Assembly: GCA_902795065.1 (NCBI GenBank)
Contig: CADBJR010000011.1
Span: 2,090 to 66,089, forward strand
DNA: 64,000 nt
DNA from: an uncultured Coriobacteriaceae bacterium
GTDB taxonomy: Bacteria > Actinomycetota > Coriobacteriia > Coriobacteriales > Atopobiaceae
Reading direction: 5' to 3'
Positions within the stretch are counted from its first letter, which is position 1; each line of letters starts with the position of its first letter. The notes below the pieces were generated by a model that saw only the letters and a list, made by a program, of their open reading frames with translations, searched no databases and had not been told where the DNA came from. The position numbers and the translations under genes are program-made. Of the stretch, positions 41,007 through 50,600 are shown piece after piece.

Positions 41007-42029
41007 ATGGCGTCATACGTGAACACCCAGGGCTTCCAGCCCGACAGATACTTCGCGCGCTCTTGGGCGCTGTTCACCCGCGAGCCCGGCTGGTTCCTGA
41101 GGCTCTTCGTCTTCTGGATCGCCGGCCTCGTGCCCATCGTCGGCCCTGTCGGCGTAGGCGGCTATTTCGCCGAGTGGAGCCGTCTTACCGCATGGGGCGT
41201 CGAGACGTCTCCCACGAGCAACGGCGGTACCGTCGGCGGCTACCTCAGGAGCGGCTGGCGCAACGTCGGCATCATCATCGTCTGGAGCCTGGCGTGGGGC
41301 GCGCTCGCGTCCCTCGTCGCCATGATCCCGATCATCGGCGCCGCGGTCGCGCCGATCATGTCGTTTGCCGGCATCGCGTTCGGCATCATCGTCACGGTCG
41401 CCTGCGTGCGCGCTGCCATCTACCAGAACATCGGCGGCGGCTTCAAGGTCTCGACCATCTGGACCATGGTCGAGCGCGACCCCATGGGCCTGCTGCGCAT
41501 CTTCGGCATCCGTCTCGTCGGCGGCCTCATCCTCGCCACCATCGGATCCATCATCTTCATCGTCGCGCTCGTCCCGCTGATGGGGACCGTCAGCGCCATC
41601 GCGAACGAGATCGTCTCCTACAGCGTCAACGGATCGGTGAACTACGAGGACGTCGAGCCGGTCCTCGAGCTCACGGCACGGCTGATCGTCGCCATGCTCC
41701 CCGCGATGCTCATCACCGGGGCGATCGCCTCGTTCTTCGGCAACGCCGTCGAGGCCCTCACCTATATCGCGACCGGCCTGTGGATGCGCCAGTTCAACGT
41801 GCCGCTGTGGGGCGACAACGACGCGCCGCTGCCCGGCGATGCGCCTGCATACAGCCAGGAGTACTACCCGCCGCAGTATCCGCAGCAGCCCTACGATCCC
41901 AATGCGTACCAGGCGCCCAACCAGACGCCCTACGCCTACGGCGACACCGATTACGGCACCCAGACGCACGGCGAGGTCGGCCAGAGCTACCCCAACCGGC
42001 AGGACAACCAGTACCCGCCGCAAGGCTAG
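41007..42029 (+). CDS. Multi-pass membrane protein with a P/Q/Y-rich C-terminal tail (DUF4013-like guess)
   Basis: About 6 hydrophobic helices. The tail is PAYSQEYYPPQYPQQPYDPNAYQAPNQTPYAYGDTDYG. The family assignment is tentative. Confidence 0.6.
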   Translation: MASYVNTQGFQPDRYFARSWALFTREPGWFLRLFVFWIAGLVPIVGPVGVGGYFAEWSRLTAWGVETSPTSNGGTVGGYLRSGWRNVGIIIVWSLAWGALASLVAMIPIIGAAVAPIMSFAGIAFGIIVTVACVRAAIYQNIGGGFKVSTIWTMVERDPMGLLRIFGIRLVGGLILATIGSIIFIVALVPLMGTVSAIANEIVSYSVNGSVNYEDVEPVLELTARLIVAMLPAMLITGAIASFFGNAVEALTYIATGLWMRQFNVPLWGDNDAPLPGDAPAYSQEYYPPQYPQQPYDPNAYQAPNQTPYAYGDTDYGTQTHGEVGQSYPNRQDNQYPPQG

Positions 42030-42052
42030 CAGCCGCGCCTATGTGATTCCTG

Positions 42053-42087
42053 CGGAGGCCCGTCCGGACGCGAAACGGACGGGCCTC
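42053..42087 (+). terminator. Stem-loop after the membrane protein gene
   Basis: GGAGGCCCGTCCG-GACGCGAAA-CGGACGGGCCTCC, a 13-bp stem with no clear T-tract. Confidence 0.55.
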
Positions 42088-42335
42088 CATCGTATGCGTC
42101 CGCGACCTGCGGATTCCCGTCTCAGCCGTCAGCCAGCCGATAGGTGCGGGTAAACCAGCCGCAAGGACCGCCTGATACGCTCGTTTCAGGGGAAAAATGC
42201 GTGGAAAGGCAGGAAATCGCGGGTTTTTACGCATCGTGCGCGAAAGACCTGTGATACAGTAGTTGGCCGTTACCTTTCCTGCTTCGGGTGCAACCTTCAC
42301 GTCCCGAAGCCATTAGCCCAGAGGAGGTGAACCAC

Positions 42336-42629
42336 ATGAAGGCTTATGAACTGCTGTTCTTTGTCGATCCTTCGTCTGATGAGGAGACCCGCGCTGGCGT
42401 TATGAAGCGCATCGATGTCGCACTCGTCCAGGAGGGCGCCGTGATCGACAGCGTCGAGGATTGGGGCAAGCGCAAGCTCGCTTTCGAGGTCGACCATCTC
42501 ACCGAAGGTGATTACACTCTCATCAACTTCCACGCAGATCCCACGCAGATCGCAGAGCTCGACCGAGTCCTGCGCATCAACGATGCCGTGAAGCGCCACA
42601 TGATCGTGCGCCGCAGCGACAGGGACTAG
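42336..42629 (+). CDS. rpsF: 30S ribosomal protein S6
   Basis: ATG 42336 follows GAGGAGG. MKAYELLFFVDPS..WGKRKLAFEV..GDYTLINF. Confidence 0.93.
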   Translation: MKAYELLFFVDPSSDEETRAGVMKRIDVALVQEGAVIDSVEDWGKRKLAFEVDHLTEGDYTLINFHADPTQIAELDRVLRINDAVKRHMIVRRSDRD

Positions 42630-42697
42630 CACAGGAAGCAGCGGATCTTCTCCGCGCAAACGCGGGCATGGCCCGCACAGAGAGGCAGTGATCACAA

Positions 42698-43225
42698 GTG
42701 AGCATCAATCGCGTCAACATCTCCGGTAACCTCACCCGTGACCCGGAAATGCGTCAAACCGCAGGCGGAACGCAGATTCTGCAGTTCGGCGTCGCGGTGA
42801 ACGACCGTCGTCGCAACCCGCAGTCCGGCGAGTGGGAGGATGTCCCCAACTACGTCGATTGCGTCGTGTTCGGCGGTCGCGCAGAACCGCTTTCGCGCTT
42901 CCTCTCCAAAGGCTCCAAGGTTGCCATCGAAGGCAAGCTCCGCTACAGCACGTGGGAGACCAAGGATGGCCAGCGTCGCAGCAAGCTCGAGGTCGTCGTG
43001 GACGACCTGGAGTTCTTCTCCCCGAGGAACGACCAGGGCGGCTACCAGCAGACCTCCGGCTACCAGCAGGGCGGCTACCAGCAGCAGTCCTACCAGCAGC
43101 CGAGCTACCAGGCCTCCGCGCCCAGCTACGCCGCTCCCGCCTACCAGGCCTCCGCGCCTTCCGCAACCGCGCCTGCCGTGACGCCGCCTCCCAGCGACGT
43201 CTACGACGAGGACATCCCGTTCTAA
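42698..43225 (+). CDS. ssb: Single-stranded DNA-binding protein
   Basis: INRVNISGNLTRDPEMRQT OB-fold start, a G/Q/Y-rich linker and the C-terminal acidic tip DEDIPF. Confidence 0.93.
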   Translation: MSINRVNISGNLTRDPEMRQTAGGTQILQFGVAVNDRRRNPQSGEWEDVPNYVDCVVFGGRAEPLSRFLSKGSKVAIEGKLRYSTWETKDGQRRSKLEVVVDDLEFFSPRNDQGGYQQTSGYQQGGYQQQSYQQPSYQASAPSYAAPAYQASAPSATAPAVTPPPSDVYDEDIPF

Positions 43226-43266
43226 TGGATCTGGCGGCATCCGCCGCCGAATGAAAGGCAACTGAC

Positions 43267-43539
43267 ATGGCTCAGCAAAAGCAGGATTTTTCACGCCAGC
43301 TGCGTCGTAAGTACTGCCAGTTCTGCAAGGAGGGCACGGACTTCATCGATTACAAGGACGTCCAGCTCCTCCGCAAGTACATGACCGACCGCGGCAAGAT
43401 CAAGCCGCGCCGCGTCACTGGCGCCTGCACGCAGCATCAGCACGACATCGCGCTCGCCATCAAGCGCGCCCGCGAGATGGCGCTCGTGCCCTACACCGTC
43501 ACCGTCGTCTCCAGCCGCGGTGGCCGCAGCCGCGGTTAA
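43267..43539 (+). CDS. rpsR: 30S ribosomal protein S18
   Basis: [46 protein letters not shown]. Confidence 0.95.
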   Translation: MAQQKQDFSRQLRRKYCQFCKEGTDFIDYKDVQLLRKYMTDRGKIKPRRVTGACTQHQHDIALAIKRAREMALVPYTVTVVSSRGGRSRG

Positions 43540-43572
43540 GCGGCTCGACTCGAGAAAGACCCTGAACCGCTC

Positions 43573-44637
43573 GTGAACGATCAGACAGGCAACAAGGTTC
43601 CCCAGCTGCCCCAGGACCCGAGGCGTCCCGAGGACGTCCGCGGCGCCGGGAATGCCCCGCAGGGCATGACCCCGTACACGCCGGCGGCGCCCGTCATCAA
43701 GCCGCTTCCGTTCTGGGCGGGCATCGTGTGGTGCGTGGCCGCGGGGGCGTGCGCGGGGCTCTCGCCCCTCATCGCGCCGCTCTTCGCCGGCTTCGGCTTC
43801 GCGCTGCTTGCGGGGAACCGCGGCGCGCGCGAAAGCGCCCTCGCCTCCGTCTGCCTCATCCTGCCCGCGATCGCGACCTCGCTCCTCTTCAAGGCCACCG
43901 GCTACGAGGACTCCGTGTTCGCCTGCATCGCGGGTATCGTGGGCGCCGACCTCTACCTCCGCAACAAGCTCACGCCCGGCACCGCATGCATGGCGGTCGC
44001 CGTCCTGGGCACCGTCCTGCTCGTGTCGTCCGAGCTCGTAGCGCGTGCGATGGGCACCTCGATGGCGACGCTGGTCGACGGCGTCCTGGCGAGCTACCAG
44101 GAGGCGTTCGGCGCGACCTCGATGGACATGCGCCTGGTGTTCGAGCAGATGCGCGGCATCGTCGCAGCCATCTGGCCCACCGCGTTCTATATGATTGCGT
44201 TCTGCGGGTTCGTCCTCGCGCAGCTCGGCGCCTTCGTGGCGGCCAAGCGCCAGAGGATCGACCTCGGCATCCGCGTGCCCTTCACGCAGTTCGACCTCCC
44301 GCTCTGGGTGGTCGCCCTGCTCATCGTCGCCCTCGTGCTCCTCGCGTTCTCGCGGGCCCTCCCCGCGTTCGAGGGGATCATCACGATGGTCGGCGGCACG
44401 CTGCTGGGGACGCTCCGCCTCGCGTTCGCGACCCAGGGCTTCGCGTGCCTCTCCTGGTTCAGGAGCACGAAGCACCTGCGTGGCATCATCGGCCTGATCA
44501 TCACCGTGGTCGCGGCCTATCTCGAGTTCAACCTGTTCGTTTTGACAATCGTCGGAATCCTGGATGTGTGGGTCAACTTCCGCCGCCTCCCGCGCGGCGT
44601 GAAAGTCACCGTTCAGGACAGCACCGACCGCAGCTAG
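43573..44637 (+). CDS. DUF2232 (YybS-like) membrane protein
   Basis: Polytopic membrane protein in the conserved rpsR-yybS-rplI position seen in Firmicutes-like operons. GTG start. Confidence 0.65.
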   Translation: MNDQTGNKVPQLPQDPRRPEDVRGAGNAPQGMTPYTPAAPVIKPLPFWAGIVWCVAAGACAGLSPLIAPLFAGFGFALLAGNRGARESALASVCLILPAIATSLLFKATGYEDSVFACIAGIVGADLYLRNKLTPGTACMAVAVLGTVLLVSSELVARAMGTSMATLVDGVLASYQEAFGATSMDMRLVFEQMRGIVAAIWPTAFYMIAFCGFVLAQLGAFVAAKRQRIDLGIRVPFTQFDLPLWVVALLIVALVLLAFSRALPAFEGIITMVGGTLLGTLRLAFATQGFACLSWFRSTKHLRGIIGLIITVVAAYLEFNLFVLTIVGILDVWVNFRRLPRGVKVTVQDSTDRS

Positions 44638-44650
44638 AGAGGGAGTACCC

Positions 44651-45172
44651 ATGAAAGTTATTCTTCTGGGCGAGCTCCGTGGCAAGGGCGGCGAGGGCGA
44701 CGTCGTGGACGTCGCTCAGGGCTACGCGGAGAACTACCTGTTCCCCCGCAGGCTCGCTCTGCCGGCCACCCCGGGCAACATCAAGCAGCTCGAGGAGCGT
44801 CGCCACAACATCGCCAAGCGCGAGGAGAAGCGCCTCGCCGGCGCCGACGAGACCAAGGCCGCCCTTGAGGGCAAGGTCGTCACCGTCGAGGCCCGTGTGG
44901 GCGACGAGGGCCAGCTGTTCGGCTCCGTCACCTCGGGCATGATCGCCGACGCCATCAAGGCCCAGCTCGGCATCGAGATCGACCGCAAGCGCATCGCCCA
45001 CGAGGGCAGCATCAAGCGCGCCGGCATCCATGAGGTCGAGGTCGACCTGTACCGCACCATCAACGCCAAGGTCGCCGTCGAGGTCGTGCCCGAGGGCACC
45101 CTCGCGACCCGCGCCGCCGAGACCGCTGCCGCCGAGACCGCCGAGGAGGCTGTCGAGGAGGTTGCCGAGTAA
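44651..45172 (+). CDS. rplI: 50S ribosomal protein L9
   Basis: MKVILLGELRGKGGEGDVVDVAQGYAENYLFPRRLA is the canonical L9 N-domain. Confidence 0.93.
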   Translation: MKVILLGELRGKGGEGDVVDVAQGYAENYLFPRRLALPATPGNIKQLEERRHNIAKREEKRLAGADETKAALEGKVVTVEARVGDEGQLFGSVTSGMIADAIKAQLGIEIDRKRIAHEGSIKRAGIHEVEVDLYRTINAKVAVEVVPEGTLATRAAETAAAETAEEAVEEVAE

Positions 45173-45634
45173 CCGTTTGCGACTTTTATCAGCTTCGGTC
45201 CGTTTACCTGCGGTTTTCAACAAAGGTCGCAAAACACGGACAAGCTGGTGAAACCGCGGATACGTTTCTCGTACCGTCCAAGGACCCCACAACCCGGAAA
45301 CCGGGGGTGGGGTCTTTCCGTTAGAAATGTATGCAATAGGGCGTTTACCTGCGAAAACACATGTTCTTGCGGATAAAACAGCGGTATTATTCCGCGTTTA
45401 TCCACGGTGTTTTGCATAATCGGGTATAACGATGAATTGTTGAAAACTCCGCTCACGGATTTCTTCCAAATTTGTTGAAAACGTTGAAAACCAGCAAAAC
45501 CGCAGGAATCGCAGAGGTTCTATCGACAATCGCTGTTGAAGAAACAAGCGGGCAATAATTCACGTTCCCGCAGGTGCCGCGATTGGGGTAGTATCCTCTC
45601 ACACTTTGCCAGAATTCTGCCGACAGGACACTCC
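45173..45634. promoter_or_regulatory. Unusually long, A/T-richer rplI-dnaB spacer with a DnaA box and clustered TGTTGAAAAC motifs
   Basis: TTATCCACg at 45398-45406 (8/9). TGTTGAAAAC at 45438-45447 and 45473-45482, CGTTGAAAAC at 45482-45491, GTTTTCAACA at 45213-45222. CGTTTACCTGCG occurs twice (45201-45212 and 45342-45353). Confidence 0.4.
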
Positions 45635-47047
45635 ATGCCCAGCCCCAGCCTCGACGTCAACCTCGCCCAGACGCCCGCACAGATCGATCGCCCCATGCCC
45701 CAGAACCTCGAGGCGGAGGCCGCGCTGCTTTCCGCCATGATCTGGAACCAGGAGGCTCTCCAGGAGTGCCTCATCGAGCTCGTGCCGGAGGATTTCTACA
45801 ACCCCGCGAACCGCCTGATCTTCAATGCGATCAAGCGCATGTTCGACGAGGGGCGGCCCATCGACATCATCACGCTCGCCGACGTGCTCAAGAGCGAGGG
45901 CAACCTCGAGAAGGCGGGCGGTCCCGGCTACCTGGTGGGTCTCTCGGAGAACTACGTCGCCGACGTGTGGCCCAACCACATCGAGATGCTGCGCCGCGAT
46001 GCCGTGCTGCGCGCCATGATCAAGACCTCGGCGAGCATCTCCGCCCTTGCGTACAACGCGCCCGAGGACACCAAGGAGGTCATCGACCGCGCCGAGCAGA
46101 TGCTGTTCGAGGTCACGGGCCGCGCGGTGCGCTCGAGCTACGACGGCCTGTCCAATATCATGTCCGACTATTTCGTCTCGCTCGAAGAGATGAGCAAGAA
46201 CAAGGGCATGCGCCAGGGCATCTACACCGGCTTCCCCGACATCGACCGCAGCCTGCTCGGCATGCGTCCGGGCCAGATGATCGTCATCGGCGCCCGGCCC
46301 GGCGTGGGCAAGACGTCGTTCGCGCTGAACATCGCGGTGAACGCCGCGCGCGAGGGCGCCTCGATCGCGTTCTTCTCGATGGAGATGAGCAAGGTCGAGA
46401 TCGCGCAGCGCCTGCTCGCGAGCGAGACCACCGGCGTGCACATGCGCGAGATCCGCGCGGGCATGATCCGCGATGCCAACTGGATCAACATCATCGAGGC
46501 CACCGACAAGCTCTCGCAGCTCGACATCACGATCGACGATACGGCCGGTACCACGGTCACCGAGATCCGCGCGAAGGCCCGCCGCATCCTGAACGGCAAG
46601 AAGGACGGCCTCGTGATCATCGACTACATGCAGCTCCTCTCGCCGTCGGGCGGCCGCCGCTCCGACAGCCGCGCGACCGAGGTCTCCGAGATGAGCCGCG
46701 CCATCAAGATCCTCGCGAAGGACCTCGGCGTGCCCGTGATCGCGCTCTCGCAGCTCAACCGCCAGGTCGAGAGCCGTGGCGGCGGCAGGGGAGAGGAAGC
46801 GCGCGCCAAGCGCCCGCAGCTCGCCGACCTGCGCGAGTCGGGCTCCATCGAGCAGGACGCCGACATCGTGCTGCTGCTCGACCGCTCGCTCACGAAGGAG
46901 GAGGCCGAGCGCCAGAACAGGCCCGACTGGGGCGTAGCGGACTGCATCATCGCCAAGAACCGCTCCGGCGAGACGGGCACCGTGCGCTTGGCCTTCATCT
47001 CCGAGGACACCAAGTTCATCTCGCTCGACTCCCGCCACGAGGAGTAG
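45635..47047 (+). CDS. dnaB: Replicative DNA helicase DnaB
   Basis: PQNLEAEAALLSAMIW, GARPGVGKTSFALN (Walker A), LVIIDYMQLL, ALSQLNRQVE and DLRESGSIEQDAD. Start at ATG 45635. Confidence 0.95.
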   Translation: MPSPSLDVNLAQTPAQIDRPMPQNLEAEAALLSAMIWNQEALQECLIELVPEDFYNPANRLIFNAIKRMFDEGRPIDIITLADVLKSEGNLEKAGGPGYLVGLSENYVADVWPNHIEMLRRDAVLRAMIKTSASISALAYNAPEDTKEVIDRAEQMLFEVTGRAVRSSYDGLSNIMSDYFVSLEEMSKNKGMRQGIYTGFPDIDRSLLGMRPGQMIVIGARPGVGKTSFALNIAVNAAREGASIAFFSMEMSKVEIAQRLLASETTGVHMREIRAGMIRDANWINIIEATDKLSQLDITIDDTAGTTVTEIRAKARRILNGKKDGLVIIDYMQLLSPSGGRRSDSRATEVSEMSRAIKILAKDLGVPVIALSQLNRQVESRGGGRGEEARAKRPQLADLRESGSIEQDADIVLLLDRSLTKEEAERQNRPDWGVADCIIAKNRSGETGTVRLAFISEDTKFISLDSRHEE

Positions 47048-47048
47048 C

Positions 47049-47188
47049 GCCGCGTAGAAGCTCCGAATGGTAATGCGCCGGCCGCGGGATGCCACATCGG
47101 GGCATGGAGCGGCGCTGTATTCCCAGTTGAGCGCTGTTCGCGGTGCGGCAATCTACGGAAGCGTTACCATTCGGGGACTCTCCGCGGC
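47049..47188. repeat. MITE/REP-like inverted-repeat element, copy B
   Basis: Arms GCCGCGTAGAAGCTCCGAATGGTAATGC (47049-47076) and GCGTTACCATTCGGGGACTCTCCGCGGC (47161-47188), 23/28 complementary. Arms are homologous to copy A (GCCGCGTA..AATGGTAA.GC). Exactly fills the convergent intergenic gap. Confidence 0.55.
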
Positions 47189-47190
47189 GG

Positions 47191-47676
47191 CTAACTGTTC
47201 AGCTGCGTGGCAAAGGCGTCGAGCTGCGCTGCGAGGTCGGCGGCACCCATCTTCGTCGGGCTCCTGAGGCTCAGAAGCGGAAGCTCCTCGGTCGTGCGCC
47301 CGAGCTTGGCGGCTGCGTCCTGCGCGCACTTCGTCGCATCGCCGCCTGCGCTCGAGATGAGCAGCGCGAGGCTTTTCCCGCCCAGGTCCCGGCCCTTGAG
47401 GAAGGTGTTGATCGGCGCGGCGACCTTGTCCGCCCACACGGGCGTGCCGAGCACCACCTGGTCGTATGCTGCGAGGTCGATGTCGAGCGGCTGAATCGCG
47501 GGACACTTGTCGAACGTGGCGTCTTTGCCGCCGACGAGGATCTTCAGCGGGCCCTTCGCGGGATACGGCTTCACGGTGCGGATTTCGAAGGCGTCGGCGC
47601 CGAGGCGCTCCGCGAGCCCGCAAGCAGCGAGACGCGTGTTGCCGTCGAGCGAGAAGAAGACGACAGCGGTTTTCAT
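47191..47676 (-). CDS. Flavodoxin-family module (may be translated separately from internal ATG 47676)
   Basis: MKTAVVFFSLDGNTRLAA..VVLGTPVWADKVAAPINTFL is a typical short flavodoxin-fold protein (161 aa). GGGAAAGGA lies upstream of the ATG, but there is no in-frame stop between it and the TIR/TPR ORF. Confidence 0.5.
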   Translation of the reverse strand: MKTAVVFFSLDGNTRLAACGLAERLGADAFEIRTVKPYPAKGPLKILVGGKDATFDKCPAIQPLDIDLAAYDQVVLGTPVWADKVAAPINTFLKGRDLGGKSLALLISSAGGDATKCAQDAAAKLGRTTEELPLLSLRSPTKMGAADLAAQLDAFATQLNS

Positions 47677-50600
47677 TGCGGTCCTTTCCCTAGGGACATC
47701 GCCGCCCCATGCATGAAGCTCGCGCGCGACGATATCGACGAAGAGCTGATCGTGCTCGGTCCCGCTCAGCTCGATGCAGCGCTTTCCGTAGTCGAGGGCT
47801 TCTTCGAGATAGGCCACCCGCTTCTCGAGCGAGCTGGTGGATGCTGCACTCTTATAGCACAGCATCGCCACTATCCGGATCGGCCAGAGAGTCGGGTCCT
47901 TCTTGGCGAGCTTGAGTCTGATCTTGAGGGCATCCTCTAAGTTCCATTCCAGCGCTTCCAGCACCTCCGCACGGTCTTCATCGGAGACGCTGTAGAGGGG
48001 CTCGTAACGCTCTCCGTCCTCATCCATCCAGCCCCCTGATGCCCACAGGGCATCGATCTTATCGATCCGTACGCTCGCCATTACGTAGTACGCGAAGGCG
48101 TTATCGGCGTCGCCGAGGACGCGGTACATGCGACCCGCACGGATGTAGTCGTATAGCGGCTCTGCCGTCTCGTACATGCCCGATCTCTCGATGAGTACGG
48201 AATCAACCTCGCCGAGCCGCTGGAACCAGTCCGCCATCGAGGGGTAGTCGTGCGCAGCTTCCAGCCGGTTGATGTAGCGCGTGTAGTCTTCGCTGAGCGT
48301 GCGAAGGGCGTCGAGGGGAAGCGACCCCAGAGATCCTGCGTCGTACACCGGCGGCTCGGGACCCACCTCCGCCAGCTTCCCGGGATCGACCTCGCGCGAG
48401 ATGTACGTCTCATCCAGGCCGCGCAACGCGCGTTCCTGCAGCTCCTGCACGTCGTCCGAACCGTCCGTCTTCGAGAGCGCCCCGAGCACGCTGAGCTCAC
48501 GCTCGTACCAGTAGATGGCGTCCACGCGGTCTCCAACCTTGCGGTACTGCCGGGCGATTGCATCGTAGCGGTCGACAAGCTCACGGAACGCGGCGATGCC
48601 TGCGGCGTCTTTGGGCAGGGTGTAGACCGTATCGGCGAGCAAGCGGTCGTGCCAGCGCTTCCTGCGCGCTTCGGATTCTGCAATCTCAGCCCGCAGCTCA
48701 TCGATAGCCGCCTTGGCATCTGTGATGTGTTCTTTCCAGGACGAATCGGGATTCTCGGCGACGACTCGCTCGAACTCGGCGACGGTCTTCTCGAAGGACG
48801 CAATGGAATCCTTCGGCCGATGTTCGATGCGATGGACCAATGCCATGCGCTCATAGGCGACGCCGAGGGCCTCGTGTGCCTCGTACGTATCGGATTCCGC
48901 TGCTGCCTGCTCGGCCGCGGCTACCGCTTTCTTCGCAGAATCCCATGCCTTGTCGTACTCGAAGCGGTCGAGGAAGAGGTCGACGAGATGAGAGCGGAAC
49001 AGCGACAGATCGATGCGAACTTCCGCGCTGCCGGTCTCCTCGATAAGACCCTCGGACTGGACGCACGCCTGCGCATAGCGCTCGCAGGCGCCGACAAGGT
49101 CGTGCGCCTCCTCGCATGCCGAGGCGGATTCGATGAGTAGGTCGATAGCCCTCCTCCGGCTCAGGATTTCGGTGTCTCCGGCAGCCGATGCGGCCGCCGC
49201 GCGATACGTGCGCACCTCCTCGTGGGAGCCTTCGGCCTCGCAGATGGACGCCATCGCGTCGTTGAGAGACATAAGACAATCTCTTGCGTTCTTCTCATCC
49301 AGCTCCTCGGCAGCCGCAATGCCCTTCGAGCACCAATGACGCGCTTCCGCGGTGCTGCCCTCTCCAAGCTCGAGCCGTGCCATAAGCTCATAGACCAGCA
49401 CGAGATGCCGCGCCGAGGCGAAGGAGCCCTCCTCCGCGGCAAGACCCTCGAGCAGGTCGATGGAGCGCAGGAACCACGCGCGTGCCTCGTCGACATTGTC
49501 CTCCGCGGCGTACGTGTTGCCGATGTGTGCGGAGCACGCGACGAGCGCCTGCCTGACCAGCTTCTTGTCGACGAAGCCGCCGAAGGTCCTGATGTCCAGT
49601 CCGTTGGGGCCATCCACGAACGAGAACGCCTCGCCCTGCTCTTCCGCGAGAACCGCCTCCAGATACGCGCGACCCTTGTCGAGCCACGCCCTGGCCGTGG
49701 AAGGATCGCCGCTGCCGAGGAGCTCGGATCCCAGCGCAATGCACGAGGTCGCGATGTCGAACCTGCCGTCGAGATTGCCTGAATCGACGATCCTCATGGC
49801 CTGCTCGAGCGCTTCTACCTGCGCTTTCCGCGATCCGACGGCATCGCCGGCAATCTTCTTGAGCATCGCGAGGCTATCGAGCGCCTTGTGGAGTCTGGCC
49901 GAAGGGAAGCGCAGATCGCCTTCCCGCCCTTTCAGGATCTCGATCAGCCGCTCCTGCCACGCGATGGCGGTGCGATAGCTGCGCACGACGCCCTCGCCGT
50001 TGCGGTACATCGCGACCAGCCGCTCGCATGCCTCTGGCAGATCAGCCTCGGCGGCGGCGGTGATGAGTCCGAGCGCCCGATCGCGGTCGACCTCCACGTC
50101 GATGCCCGAGAGGTACGCAAGGCCGATGAGGTAGTCGTGCGTGGGCTCGCCGGCGCGGCGTTTGAGCGCGATGCCGCGAAGCACCTCCTCGAGGCGCTTT
50201 CCGACAGCATCGCGATCCTTAGCGGAAATGGTTCCGCCCAGCCCTAGGTAGAGGGACGCGAGTTGGCCGGGGTCGGTCGGCAGCGCCTCGATGGGCAGCG
50301 TCGGCTTGCCCGCATCGCGCGCTGCCGGCCACTCGGTGGTCATCACGTAATTGGGGTTCTGCAGCAGGCTCGGAGTCACCACCAGCGTGAATACGGCGCT
50401 CTTCTGCAGCGCGTCCATGATGGCCTGGTTGAAGCTCTCGCCCGGCACGAGGAACTCGTCGTACCAGATGGCGATGTCGCGGCAGAGCGGGTTCGCGTGG
50501 ATGAGGCGCATGACCTGCTGCGCCTCGGCGCGGTCGCGTTTGCGGTAGCTCAGGAAGACGTACGCGTCGAATGCGGCGCGCACGCGGGCGGCGAGGTCGT

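Noticed and set aside
40400-42050. Integrated prophage or genomic island at the tRNA-Ser cluster
   Set aside because: Apart from the att-like duplication, there is no integrase, excisionase, phage or transposase gene downstream. The next gene is an ordinary membrane protein, followed by the rpsF operon.
45217-45456. 79-aa minus-strand ORF in the rplI-dnaB spacer
   Set aside because: It lies in A/T-richer non-coding-looking DNA full of repeat motifs. It has no RBS, atypical codon usage for this genome and no recognisable motifs.
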